A stretch of 64,000 bases of DNA, taken from the NCBI GenBank assembly GCA_001643675.2, contig LSRY02000027.1, positions 1,248,185-1,312,184 on the forward strand, in the 5' to 3' direction. This document shows positions 1-13,189 of the stretch, piece by piece. The notes beneath the pieces are model-generated. The model saw only the letters and a program-made list of their open reading frames with translations. It had not been told where the DNA came from and ran no database searches. The translations under genes were made by a program, and so were the position numbers. Origin of the DNA: Monocercomonoides exilis PA203. Lineage: Eukaryota; Protista; Preaxostyla. Within the stretch, counting starts at the first letter, position 1. The number at the start of each line of letters is the position of its first letter.

Positions 1-130
1 ATGACGTTGCTGTCGAGAGGAAGAAAAGGAAATGACTAATTGATAGTGGGTGTATCAATCTTTTGAAAAACCAGCTTTTATGCATCCGAAGGTGGATGGT
101 CTGCTCCTGCAATATAATTGAAGAAATATG

Positions 131-682
131 TTTGAAGAAGAAGAAAAAGAAGATGATGATAATGAGATAAAAGAAGATGAGGAAAAGGTAGAAGAAGAAG
201 AAAAAGAATAGGAAGAAGAAGAAGAAGAAGAAGAAGAAGAAGAAGAAGAAGAAGAAGAGGAGAAAGAGGAGAAAGAGGAGAAAGAGGAAGAAGAAGAAGA
301 AGAAGAAGAAGAAAAAGAAGATGATGATAATGAGATAAAAGAAGATGAGGAAAAGGTAGAAGAAGAAGAAAAAGAATAGGAAGAAGAAGAAGAAGAAGAA
401 GAAGAAGAAGAAGAAGAAGAAGAAGAAGAGGAGAAAGAGGAGAAAGAGGAGAAAGAGGAAGAAGAAGAAGAAGAAGAAGAAGAAAAAGAAGAAAAAGAAG
501 ATGATGATAATGAGATAAAAGAAGATGAGGAAAAGGTAGAAGAAGAAGAAAAAGAAGAAGAAGAAGAAGAAGAAGAAGAAGAAGAAGAAGAAGAAGAGGA
601 GGAGGAGGAGGAGGAGGAGAAAGAGGAGAAAGAGGAGGAAGAAGAAGAAGAAGAAGAAGAAGAAGAAGAAGAAGAAGAAGAA
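131..682 (+). repeat. About 3 tandem ~180-bp units built on a (GAA)n microsatellite
   Basis: The unit gaagatgatgataatgagataaaagaagatgaggaaaaggtagaagaag recurs at ~149, ~317 and ~497. The right IR arm carries only one unit. Confidence 0.85.
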
Positions 683-699
683 GCATCAAAGGAATGTTG

Positions 700-3600
700 A
701 GAAAAAGGTGTTAATCGTGATTGACTCTGCAATTATGATGACACAAATTACTCAAGCACAATTAACTGAAAAATAACAATAGGGATTAAAGTGGAATGAG
801 GGAAGAGATATAAGAACAGTATATGAGAACAAATTACATGTAGAATGCTTATTGAAGATGTTTTGGATAAAGGAGATGCATTGGAATAAACAGAAAATGT
901 TAGCAGGGAGGGAGAGAAGGAGGAGGAAGGAGAAGACCATTGAACCATAAGTGGCGATATGGCAAATGAAAAAGAGGATAATAAAGCAGAGGATAAAGAA
1001 GAAAGTGATGAAGATGAATGAAAAATTTGTCTTCTTCTTTCCTTCTTTCCTTATTTTTATTTTTCTCATGAAACTTTATCTTTGTTTTCTTCATCTTCTT
1101 TTTCCTTCTCCACGTCATCTTCCTCAATCATCTCCTCTCCTCTTCTCGAATTTCCAGAATGAAATATCTCTCTTTCTAATAATTCGCACATCTCAATAAA
1201 TCATGTAGCATCCAATGCAGAACCAGCCAACTTTCCAGCGATCAATACAGATCATCTAATTGCAACTGCTCCTTTTTAATTCAAGCAGCCACACTAAATC
1301 CGCCTTCTGCGACAATCCTCAACCCGAACGAAGCTGGAAAGCACTATTACAAGAGAACAGAGATAAACAAAAAGAGATTTGTGTATAATCAGCAGCAACT
1401 GAAAGCATAAAAAGTCCAGAAACCTCATAATTCACTCTCATCCTTCAATCATACTCAATAAGCAAGAGAGAGCTGTATTGCCTCCAAGAAAATGAGCGTT
1501 CTCTGCGTATGTCCTTCTCAGAAGCATCTCCTTCAACACCTCCCTCATCTTCTCTTTCGTTCGTGAGTACTCATAAACAACTCCAGTTTAATTCCAAGCC
1601 TTTGTAGTCTGACAAATTTCCCTCAATGACCTATCGGTAATTTCTTCTTTGATGTATTTACCTTCTTCTTCTTCTTCTGGTGCTGCAGCTGTTGCTGCTG
1701 TTCATCTGTCTTTATCCTCTTCACAGAATATCCACTCCTTTCATCTTCCTATTCCTTATCTTCTTCATCTTCTCTGCTTCGGAATCTTCCTTTGCTTCTT
1801 CTTCTTTCTCGTCTGGCACTTCATATCTTCATTTTAATCCTTCTTTTTAACATATATATCCGAATAGGCTAAGATCTTCTTCTTTAATATAAACCTCTTC
1901 CTTCTCTTCAACTTCTTTTTCATTTGACTCCCATCATCTCCAGAGTGTTTCTCCAATTTAATCATATATACACAAATAACCAAATATTTCCAGCTCTCAG
2001 CGCTCTTCTCTCTCTGACTATCCGCTTTCCTCCACCCCTCATTGTCTCTTCCTGTTCGTCATCTACTCCTTTCTCTTCTTGTCCATTTGGCGATTTCTCA
2101 ATTTCAAACGAATATTCTTCTTTAAATTCTGATATTTCAAGAATAAACCCTTCTTTTTTTGAAATTCATCAATTGTTTTAAATAGAATTCTTGTGGCATC
2201 AAACAACAATACTGAAACTCCGATTTCTTCTTTGCTCATCAAGCAACATTTTCTTCAACAACAAAAACAGCAACACAAAACATACTATTCTCCACTCATT
2301 AATTAAAAATTCTCAGTCAGACTATTCCATTTATTTCTTCTGCTTATCCTTCTCCTCTTCCTCTTCTTTATTTTTCTTCTTTCTTCTTCTTTTTCATCCT
2401 CTTCATTTCCCCTGCTCCTTTCTGCTTTCTTCCACATTTTGTCATTCATCCAGTCATCTTCCCACTCCGCCACTGGCCTTTCGTCGATCACAATATTTTC
2501 CATTCAGAAACTTTAAACAACAATTGAATAAGCTAAGGCGGAGGATGAAGAAGTGAGCATGTATTTTGAGTGTTGCTCCCTCGTCTCTAATTCCGGATAC
2601 ACTCATTTCTGCATAGCTTAAACATCCCATCCTAAATAACGAATCCCTCTTTTCACTCGACTTCAACTAATCCTCTCTCTTTCTCTTTCTCTTTCTTTCT
2701 CTCTCTCCAAACTCCCGTTTCTACTGCCTCGATTACTCCCATCCCTGCCTATGCCTCTTCTTCAACCTCTTCTCAATCATCACCTTCGATCGTACTACCC
2801 GATTATTCATTAATCAAAGAAGACGCTCCCCACTTGCCCCCTGCTCCTCCATCTCCACAGCTGTTCTATACATCTGCTGCTCTATCGGAAACACCTTCTG
2901 AATCTGCTCCTCCGCCTCCTTCCATATCCCAACTTCCCTTGCTGGCATCCTAGTCAAGTCCGTCTTGGGGAGTCTGCTCTCCATTAATTTTACCATCTAT
3001 TCATAGCTATTTCGCTTCTCATCAGCTGCAACTTTTCCTTCTATTCCTCCTTCGCATCTGTCAACTCTTCCGTCTTCTCCCTCCTCGACGGATCCCTTGC
3101 TGCGTCCTCCTCCATCTTTTCTCAAGCCAACTAGCACACTCACCTCATCCCGATTGGATATTTTGCTCACATGGGAAATCTGCCCCTTTCAGTCTGCTCT
3201 TCGAACTTTCAGGAATCCAGGCGTTAATCTTTAGCACATCGGCTCTCCGCTTCAAATGCTGTTTCAGCCATGTTTGCATTCGGCTATATCTCCCAGGAGC
3301 TTCATTGAATAACTATTACGACAGATCTCTCCATAGAAAATGATAGATTTTTCCTTCTTTTTCCTTAAAACCAAATCAATCTGAAAGCTCCTGCAGCATA
3401 ATAAACTCCATCTTCACTTCCATATCGCTCGACCAGCTCGGTAGTTACTTGATCGATTAAAAACTGCAGAAATTCTTCAGTGTATCTCGCCAACTGCACC
3501 ATTGTTTAAAGGGGGACTCCCTCATCCCTTTTGAATACAACTGTGCTCCGCATCGCTATTCAACGGCATTTGAAAAACACTCAATAGATGAAAGAGACCT

Positions 3601-5074
3601 ATCGTCAAAATAAGATACCATTTTGCTATGTTCTTGTTCACCTGAAAATGTCTTCGAATGGCATATCTCGTTGATTTATTCCTTGAGCAATCCAGCTGCA
3701 CGAACTTTCCACAACAGTCAGAGGTGAGGTTATCAAACACTGCAAGATCATCAACAACAACCTCGCCATCCCGAATGTTCCCTCCGCTGGCAGCTTCATC
3801 ATCTGCCCAAACGCCAACTTGCTCTTCATCTCCTTGCTCAAGGAAGTCGACAGTTAGCTCCCCAGCACCTCCACATGAATTCTCAACAGTATATGTGCTC
3901 TTCACTGCGACATGTTCCAGCTCTCTCCCTTCCTCTTCATAGCTGTTCCCTAGCTCGTTCAAGAAAAAGAGGCAACAAATAAAATGGAACCCAAATTAAT
4001 CTGTGGTTCTCTGTTGTGAAGAGGAAACCAGAAGAAAAGGAGATTCTAAACCACGATTTTGATGTTGATGAATTATTGTTCAAATCAGACAAAGAAGAAA
4101 ATCTATCAAAAGGTTTTATCAGCAACTTTGGAAAGGATTGAGGTGAGCGTATATGTCCTGTTACGGGATTCGGATTGTCCATCTTTAACAAACACTTTAT
4201 TCCAAAATGAGTCTTCGCTTTTGCCAAATATCAAAAAATGAAAAATAAAAAATAAAAAATGAAAAATGAAAAATGAAAAATGAAAAATGAAAAATGAAAA
4301 ATGAAAAATGAAAAATGAAAAATGAAAAATGAAAAAACCTTTAAAATAAATGGTGTAAAAGCCATCTTCTTCATTTGCTCTTCTTTAATCTTCAGCACAA
4401 TTTGAGTTTCTTCGTCATCTTGTAAATCTTATTCTATCCAATCGACCCGATCGACATAGGCTTGACATTTTATTCTCATCCTTTTTTCTTTTTGATATCG
4501 TTCTTTTTCTTCTCATCTTGTTTTTCCAACATCTTCTTCTTCTTCTACAGCTGTTTCATCTTCCGAATAATCAGCCGCTTAATCATCACTTCTTCGTAGT
4601 TTTTGTCTTCTTCCATCTCGCAAAGGCACTCAGTATCTGTCTTCATATGATCAAAGCGCTTTTTTTTTCCTTCTCCTCCAACAAAAATTCTATTTTCTCA
4701 CTTTCTTCAGTTGTTCTTGTCTTCGAATGAAAATGTTCTGCTCCAATTATATTCTGTAGGTGAGTGGCATGTGTTGAAATTTCAGCTTCTTCAGCATTAT
4801 AAAAGGTGTAACAATTGAAAGAGATTGCCACTGCTGAACGGGCAGTGCTTCAACAAGCGCATCGCTGTCTGTGGTGAAAATAGGCTGGGACAATAACTGA
4901 ACTTCTATGTGGTTTAATAAATATCAAGAGAAGATATATGTATTTGCAGAAGAAAAAAAGAAGATGTTGAAGCTTTTGAATAAGTAAAACGAGAAGGGAC
5001 TTTGAAAGAAATTGAAAAAATTGTTGATGTGGTTTGTGAATGAGGTGAAAGTGAGGAATAGGAAGAAGAAGAAA

Positions 5075-5106
<32 letters not shown>

Positions 5107-5330
5107 GAAAAAGAAGAATCATGCTTGACGCATTTCTTAAAGTGTGAACTATCTTTCTTTTATTCGGTTGATATTGATAAATTATCTGCATGACTGCCTC
5201 TTTTCTTTGCTGCTTCCGAAAATGACTATCATTTCCTTGTGCTTCTTTTAGCTGTGATGATAAGGCAGCAATCAACAAATTCAAAATGAATGCATTCAAG
5301 TTTTCCGAAATTTTCACTTTTATTATGGTA
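700..5330 (-). pseudogene. Decayed host protein-coding gene inside the IR arm (mirror copy on plus strand ~18100-22700)
   Basis: Coding-like purine-rich stretches (e.g. MVQLARYTEEFLQFLIDQVTTELVERYGSEDGVYY) broken by many stops and frameshifts; no recognisable domain. Confidence 0.5.
4236..4335 (+). repeat. (GAAAAAT)n heptamer tandem repeat (mirror at 19092-19191)
   Basis: Direct reading of the sequence. Confidence 0.9.
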
Positions 5331-5739
5331 ACATTTTTGATCCAAAGATGCAGATTCTAAGACGCAAATTTTTTTGTTCGGAACGATTGACTATTATGTA
5401 AATAAACTATTAGTAGCAAAAAAAGCAGGTGTTGGAATCTGTTCTATGATCATGAGTTGATACATTATTTTTTGTTGAATTTAGCTTTGGGGTTTTTTGT
5501 TCAAACAAAAAAAATTTTTATGTTATTGTGAAATTAATAAATGCAATGTAAAACACACTTTTAAATATTTATTTTGCTAGTGAGTACATTTTCACATTTT
5601 TGTTTAATTTATTCGATGAAACTTTTTTGTGATATGATTAAAAAAATGAGTGTAGTAATTGTTATTTTTATAAATATTCTATGAAAAATAGATATTTTTT
5701 CAAATGTGATCTGAGAAAACCAAAAACTGAACAAAGATG

Positions 5740-7826
5740 TTAAAAATAAAGTCTTTTGAAAAATCCAAGTGTTGCATTCCATCCTTCATCACGCATTGCT
5801 TGCCAATATGAACTCCAATTTTCAGCATTGATTCGATGTATTTTGCTATCATCACATTCAAGAAATTGAAAATCATCCAATTTTGCATTCTCATTTTCCA
5901 GAACTACAGAAATGAAGTGACCTTTTTCGTGGATTTCTGTGGAATGAAGAATATATCCGATTAATTTGTAATTAAATGAAGGCTTATCAACGTGCGAAAA
6001 TGAAGATGGTAAAATGTTTGTGTTTTCAATTTCAATTGAATTTTGTGTTGATCCAATACCTTTAAATGTCAAGAACAATGAAGGAATAGACAGTGTTTTG
6101 GGTTGTGGATTGCTGTGAAAGATGCACAAGAATTCAGGAAATTTTTCTATTTGAAGCCATCTGTGAATGAATGAAGGACAACGACAATATTCATCCACGC
6201 ACAATTGAGTGTGACTTGTAAATGAAGAAGTCAGAACCAACTTTAATCCATTTTCGAGTGTGGAACCATTAATGGTGATAAATGATGATGCTTTCTGATT
6301 TTTAATTCGCAAATGTTTGCAAGATTCACATTGATAGAAAGTTGATAGATGAGGATCAAATTGACGAATAGAAAAAAGATCATCACTATAAACAGTGTGC
6401 AATAATACTGCGTCAATCACATCCTGAATAACTTTTTCCTCTGTTGGGCTTCCACAGTACTTGGAAATGAAATTGTTCAGCTTTTTCTCGTTCCATTCTT
6501 TTTCTGTGACTTCATTCGCTCGCAGTGCGTCAAACAGCATACCAAACTGTAAACTATATCGTTCCTTTTTGTACGAAACACATTTGACACCAAGAGAAGC
6601 AAGGCATTGGCAAACACTAGCTAATGCACATGACTTTTGAAAATTAGGCAACTGCCGACCGCTGGAGGAAGAGGCAGAAATGAACGAACGCGAATTCTTA
6701 CTGCTGATGGACGCAGATATTGATGAAGATAGAATTTTTTCGTCCTCGCATCTTTGAATGTGATCCATCACAACCTGTTGTATCATACTGCAATTCGAAA
6801 ATGTCTATTAAAATGGAAGTTTTTTTGTATTATGAAAATACGATTCAAAAACATTGAAAATTTTTAATGAAAAAAAACTTTATTTCATACTTCTTTTTCA
6901 TCAAGTGATTTCTCTTCCATAATTGATTCCTGTTCATCTTCTTCAATGTCTTCACATGATAAATCATTTCTAATTTGAAAAATAAGGAAAAAACGTTAAA
7001 AACAATTCAATTATCGAAAATCAGAAATAAGAAAAAACCAAAGAAAAATCACACTTCCAAGAAAAGAACGTTTGGTTTAATGTTTTTTCATTAATTGAAA
7101 TAGTTTCTGATTCATTTTCTTTTTCATTCCTTTTGAATGAAGGTGTTGAAACGGGAGAAAAAACAGAGATTGGATTTGTAACAATGGTCTGAGGTGCAGA
7201 TGGGAAATCGTTCGACACGGTAATTGGAGCAGAAACTGATATTGGAGTTGAAATAGAAACAGAAGCAGATGCAGGCAATGGAACTGAAGAAGAGAAGTGA
7301 TTTGTGGAAGAAAATTGTGTTGATGCGAAGAACGGCTGTGATATTGTTATTGGAGATGATACGGTTATTGGAGCTGAAACCGTAATTGATGCAGAAGAAG
7401 AAGCAGACGATGAAATTGAAATAGGAGCAGACACAGACACAGGAGCAGACACAGATACAGGGGTGGGCATAGAAAATTTAATTGCTGATTCGAAACTTGA
7501 AGAATGTGAATTTTGTTGTTGTTTTACATTCAGTTCGTTTGAATCTTTTTGTACAATTAAACAATTTAAAATAAAATTTTAATAAGAAATATTGCTATAT
7601 ATGTTATATAAATAAACAAACTTCCTGTATTTTTATTGAAGCGATCCAAGATTACTCGGCCAATTGCATCATTTATAAAAAAGTCGCGTGCAACACGGTC
7701 AGCATGTTCTGTAGTCATGTTTTCAAAGAATTTGGACAATTTGTAAACGTCTGCCCGAATGCTGCTTTGCCGGAGGCTGCTATGTAATTTTGTGCGCTTA
7801 TCATTTCTAGTCATAAACATACTCAT
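5740..7826 (-). CDS. Multi-exon USP/peptidase C19-like deubiquitinase with small N-terminal helical exon and S/P/V-rich linker
   Basis: Cys box LPNFQKSCALASVCQCLASL, zinc pair CESC and CVDEYC, His box HSTEIHEKGHFISV, and FLECDDSKI. Inferred exon 1 (7826-7622) splices in phase 1 (GT..AG) to 7544, in frame with the 7021-7470 ORF. Further probable introns lie at ~7053-6970 and ~6890-6806. Confidence 0.72.
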
Positions 7827-8099
7827 TATTATGATTTTTATTATGGTTACCCATTAAAAAAATATCTTTAAAACCTCGATAACTTATTTTTTTTTTCTTA
7901 CAAAACTCAAATTTGAAAAATAGATATGGTTAGGCAATTTTGAATTAAGCAATTAAGGTATGTCGCAATATTCATTTAACTGTTTTTTTCGCGTACAAAC
8001 TGATACTTGTAGAAACTATTGTAAAAGGAAAATGATGGAAAAATTTTGAGAAACAAAAAAAATCAAATATATTTAACTCTTATTTCCCAAACGCTAAAT

Positions 8100-8700
8100 G
8101 CTTGCCTTTCAAGATGTTGATGCACAAGTGGAAAAACTTATTGTAAGTAGTTCAGTAAAATTGTTTCGGTGTAACTTCAAATTGTAATTTTACAAGATAT
8201 CCCACTGCTCATGGACGAGGAGACGATTCTCCTTATCCACTATTTAATTCAATTTGCACATTCTCAGATAACAGAGTGGATGGTTGTTCAATATCAGATT
8301 GGAGTGGAACTGGTGGTATTCAAATGCGTATGATATGACGTCAAACTGAAATTTTTTGTTTTCGAACTACAAGCGCTTTACAGATTAAGACGGAGATTCA
8401 ACTAGATCACTCACATTTCGTTGGACTCCAAATGATAAGCCAACTTAGTTTTCAATAAATGATTGCCAATTTATAAACAATAAGTTGACAAATTTTTCTA
8501 CTAACAAAGGCACCTGACCTTGTTGCACTGATGCTTTCACTTGGATGAGCGGGGCAAATTTCAACACGTTCTGTTTATTCGATGGTAATTCCACAACTAA
8601 CGGAAGCTGAGACGATATGTTTTTCAATGGCAGCTTAATCCCATCTTCATTTGAGAAACGTTAATCAACAAGTCTAACAAAAAGAGTGTGAAATTGAAAG
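8100..8700 (+). pseudogene. Decayed fragment of a beta-repeat (surface-protein-like) gene
   Basis: Coding-like text (FSINDCQFINNKLTNF, CLFDGNSTTNG) with internal stops. Confidence 0.3.
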
Positions 8701-8761
8701 CAACTAATAACTTCGAGAATGATAGTTGGCTTCTTTTCGTTTCTTTTTCTTGCTTCTTTAA

Positions 8762-8931
8762 ATGAAATATTATAATTCTTTTTCCTATTTCTCTTCTTCC
8801 TCTTCTTCCTCTTCTTCTTCTCATAACCAAATGACAACAGTGGCTCAGCTTTTAATAGAAAAAATGGAATTAAATCAAAATAATAAATATTATTATTATG
8901 ATCATATTGAAGATAAATCTTCTTCTTCTAT

Positions 8932-8967
<36 letters not shown>

Positions 8968-11900
8968 TTCTTCTTCTTCTTCTTCTTCTTCTTCCTTTCG
9001 ATCATCCTCTTCTTCTTATCCTTCTGCCGCTCCACCTGTTCTGTCTAACCAACCACAAGGCGGATCCCTTTCAAAAAGATCGCACAAAAGAATAAAGGTG
9101 CTCTTCATCCCTGTGATTTACACATTACGCACGTGTGTTGTTCTGTGTGCGATTGAAACAGACAAAGAGAAAAGAGGTGGATGTTCAGAGAAATTCACTT
9201 CTGATGGAGACATACACGGACAGTTGCAGTCAGTTCGTTCTTCTCCAACATCCTCAATGATGCCGCAGAGACGAGAAGAAGAGCAAGAAACAAACGAGAT
9301 GCAACGAATGCAGTCGAAAAGCAACGCAACTGCATTGCATGTGGTGATTGGCCTGGGGATCCTTCCCTCTGCAACTGTTGTGATGTGCACAGTCACAACA
9401 CGGAGAAGGCAATTGCGAGAAATGATCTTTCTCTGAGCCAGCTGAACCACGCGTTTGCCCACGAGTTTGCACAAGCAGAAGAGGCTCACAACCGCAACGA
9501 TGGACTGCTCCACACAGAGGCTGGCACAAGCTTGCTGCAGAATCTGCTGCATTTGCCGTTCTATTTGGGTGCTGCTCCGCTGGGAAGCACGACGTTTTGA
9601 AGATCGCGTACCAGACTCTAAGTCTAATTGATGCTCATGCTGTGTTTGAGATCGGGCGAGGAGCACAGACGACTGCGATGCATTTTTTGGAACACGTGCT
9701 AATCTGCGAGGTGAATGTGCAGATTCAGTCAATCGTGCTTCAGAATGAAGGAGGGACAAACGTTGACTGCTGACTCAACCTGACTGAAGTGGAGCGTCTG
9801 AATGCGTAGGCAACTGATTTCACTCTGTTTGAGTGCCCTGCCATGAGAGGGATTGCACCGGCTTTTGGGAAGCAAATGATATTCTGGAGCTTCCATTCGC
9901 TGACGAAAATAGGTCATTTGGTTAGGATTCCGATCAAGCTGGGAATTACATACAGCGCAATGAATGGGATGAATATATGCGCAGTTGGAGGAGGCTCAGG
10001 TGAAGAGGAAGAAGCAATGAAATAGAAAGCATCGTAGGCACATGGAGCCAGTGCTGCAAGCGCTGTTGACAAGCGACGACTTTATCGCAAAGAAAGACGT
10101 TGAGCCGCTTGAACATGAAAAAACGACAACAATTCTAGGCTCCTCATTTTCCTCTTTCTGCTCTGTAATATTTATAGCAGCATGAGCGAATTGACTTTAT
10201 GAGTATGGAGGGTTGGATCATGGAGAAGAGGCTGGTGTGTCTGGTGTGTCTGCGCATGAAACTACATCTAGCGCCGCAGAAGAGGGCGAATGAGAGAAGA
10301 GAGAAGAGAGGCATCCTGTTTGACTAGTAAGAGAGCCATCCGCTGATCAAGTCGCAGATTGAGACGATTCAGCCGATCAGAGGAGAGGTTGCAGAAGGAG
10401 GGAAATGTGTGTGTATTGTGGAGCTGCATGCACCAATAGCTGCACAATTCGTTGACACTTCACTTCAATTCCACATCAGAGATGCAATTTTCACTTCCTC
10501 CATCTAGAATTCTTCAATTGAAAATCAGAATTCTTCATCGTCTTTTTCCATTAATGGTGTTTGTGCAAGTTCAGAAGTTAATCAGATCTTTTCCAATCAT
10601 CTTTTCCCTCCAACATATTGTTCTTCTTCTGTGAATGGCGCTTCTTCTTCTTCATCTTCTGTTGTTGCATCCAACTTTAACTCAGGCAGCTTTGATGATC
10701 ATTCCATTATCGCCTCACTATCCACGCAGCACTCTCAACTGGGAAAAATCAAAGGACTTCCTTCTTCTTCGTATCCTGTACCTTCTCAGTCTTCATCTTC
10801 CTCCTCACTTGCAATTGCCCCGCATCAACCAAGCATCCGCAAGCAGCCACCGAGAGTGAGCGTCATTGAGCGCATGACGAAATCAAGGGGCATTCAGACA
10901 GCCTCTCGACTTGAGCAGTTCCACCATGTCCTGGAAAAAGCGAGAGACGAAGAGAAGTCGTTTCTGTTGGTGCTGGCGAGGCGGTCTGTTGATCCCCTTT
11001 CGGCAACTGCTGCATTGACGCTGCAATTGCGAAAAACGATCAGCAGCATTCTGCTTAATGAGGTCACGAAGCAGGAGCAGAAGATAGCAGCGCAGGCAAA
11101 AGAGGAGCAAAAGATCAGGATTTTGCAGAAGGAGAAGGAAAGAGAAGAACAATATGAGAGATAAAGAGAGGCGTTTGGGATGTACAACCTCACTCCAACG
11201 ACGTAGGCCATGAAAGAAACATTTAGAGAGAACAAAAGAAACCTGATCATGCTGAAGGAGACTCGAAGAAGTCGCAGTGTTGGAGGAAGAAGGATGACTG
11301 ATGCAGAAGAAGTGAGCGGAGTGAATGTTTCTCTTCCTCCTTTGTTGAATACGTCATCAAGCTCTTCTTCTGGTTCTGGTTCAGTTTCAGATTCATTGTA
11401 TTTTCAGCAGGGAATTGTGCTTCTCGGGTCTATGCAATCACAAGGGATTCAGTGAATTCAAAGGCTTGTGCGAATTGGAGTTATGAATAAGCAACGCAGT
11501 GCATTTCGTCTGCCTTATATGGGGATACAAGATCCAAATGAAGGAGGAAGAGTACATGAAAGATAAATGCCTCCGAAGAAAGAGTAGTTAAGGGGTTGGA
11601 AAAGCTGTAGGATTTGGAAGGAGATGATTTGGAACGAGGGATGAGGAGGATTCTAGCGAAAGAAAGGAAGACAGAGAATGGGATGACGGTTTTAGGGAGC
11701 CATACCAGAAGATATTTTTGAGAGTTTCATTAAAAAACAGCTCGGCTATCAGATTTTCGGAATGCATGGGGTTTCTTCCCTTTTGTCGATATTTCTGTTT
11801 CAGTCTCCGCTCGGTGCAAACAGAAATGGAGCTATTTCTTCTATTTCTGCTTCTTTATCTTTTTCTTCATCACATTCTTCTTTCATTACCTACACTTCAA

Positions 11901-12274
11901 ACAACACGCAGATCACAACTGTCTCAACTTTCTTTCTTGACCCGTCTGAAAGAAGGCCCCGCAGAGCAACTGAGTCTGTTCCGGGCAGCGTCAGAGGAGC
12001 TTCTGGAGGAGATGATGAAAGAGCTGACAGGAACATATCCCTTCCTTCAGCAGGCACACGAATGCCTCTCCTTCAAGAAGCCCTGCCAGTTTGCAGGTCT
12101 GTATTCTTCGCATGCATTACCGCTGAAGCTGATGAAAGTGAGCTAGTTTGCCTTTGCAAAGCTGCCCGCGCTGCCAGGGTCTCCGCAGGTGTTTGCGAGC
12201 AGAGCAGAAAGAGAAGGAGAAATATGTCTTGGCAAAAGAATAGAAAAAGTCAGATTGTGGCTTTATCTTGGTAA
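8762..12274 (+). pseudogene. Fragmented hypothetical host gene (Ser-rich, coiled-coil segments)
   Basis: Chain of plus-strand ORFs (8762, 9385, 10631, 11210, 11718) with coding-like GC, separated by stops and frameshifts. Confidence 0.45.
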
Positions 12275-13189
12275 CAATTTTCCAAGATTGATCATGAAAC
12301 ATTCTTCAGAGTTACTCGTAGCTCCATTCTAATTCTTGTTTGATTTTTTTCACTTCTTTATGCCAGCAGAAATAATATCATATCTTTGTTAATTGTTTCA
12401 TCATAAAGAAATAAATGTTTGTTTCAACTCTTCATTATTGAACTCAAACACTTTCATTTATTAATTCTTCATCGTTGACAGTGTGTGAATATGAAAATAA
12501 AATAATTACAAGTTTCTTTGTTTTCATTCATATTCAAGTTTAAAAATATCAAAAAAATTCAATAAAGAGTCAAAGCCTTCTTGTTTTAACAGCATTTCTT
12601 TATCACAATTGAACAAATGAAATATTCAATTTTAAAGGAAGAGTGTCAACACAAATAAGGAACAGGAAATATCTGATAAATGAATATGCAATAACAAACA
12701 AAAAACAAAAAATAAAACGCTCACTCAATCATGTTAATGTGCTAATATTTTCTTTTATTAATGAATTCCCAAAATATTCAAACAAAATCTTATCGCACAA
12801 ATAAAAATAATAATCTAAATAAAAAGATAACAAAAGATAACTTTTATTCTGGGAAGTATTTGATCTCATGGTGCAGAATCTATCACCCAAATATTGATAT
12901 CATATATGCTTATTTATCTTATAAAGATTCCAATGTGAGTCAAAAAAGAGGATGATAGAAACTGCATATGCGGATCAACAATTGACCATTATGAACTTGT
13001 TTTTTCAACTTTTGCAAAAAACAACATGAAAATTTTTGCTTAAATAGATAAATGAAATTATTATTGTTCTGTATTTTTCAATTTTTGCTTTAATTATTTC
13101 AAAGAAAATAGAAACTATATCTTTTCTGATTCATCTTTTCTCATTCTTTTGATTAAATTAACCATAACAAATATCTTCGATTCTTTTTG

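Larger units (their letters stand above)
131..5605. repeat. Left arm of large inverted repeat (partner 17822-23005)
   Basis: Mirror ORFs have a constant coordinate sum of 23427 (e.g. 4850-5317 minus vs 18110-18577 plus). The inner junction is sharp at 5605/17822 and the outer match ends at tttgaagaag (131/23005). Outside the microsatellite end I saw only one substitution (YSIYFF vs YSIHFF). Confidence 0.95.

Noticed and set aside
55-732. Poly-Ser/poly-Leu ORFs (also 22695-23357 and antisense ORFs within the kinesin)
   Set aside because: They are by-products of (GAA/TCT)n microsatellites or of the opposite coding strand.
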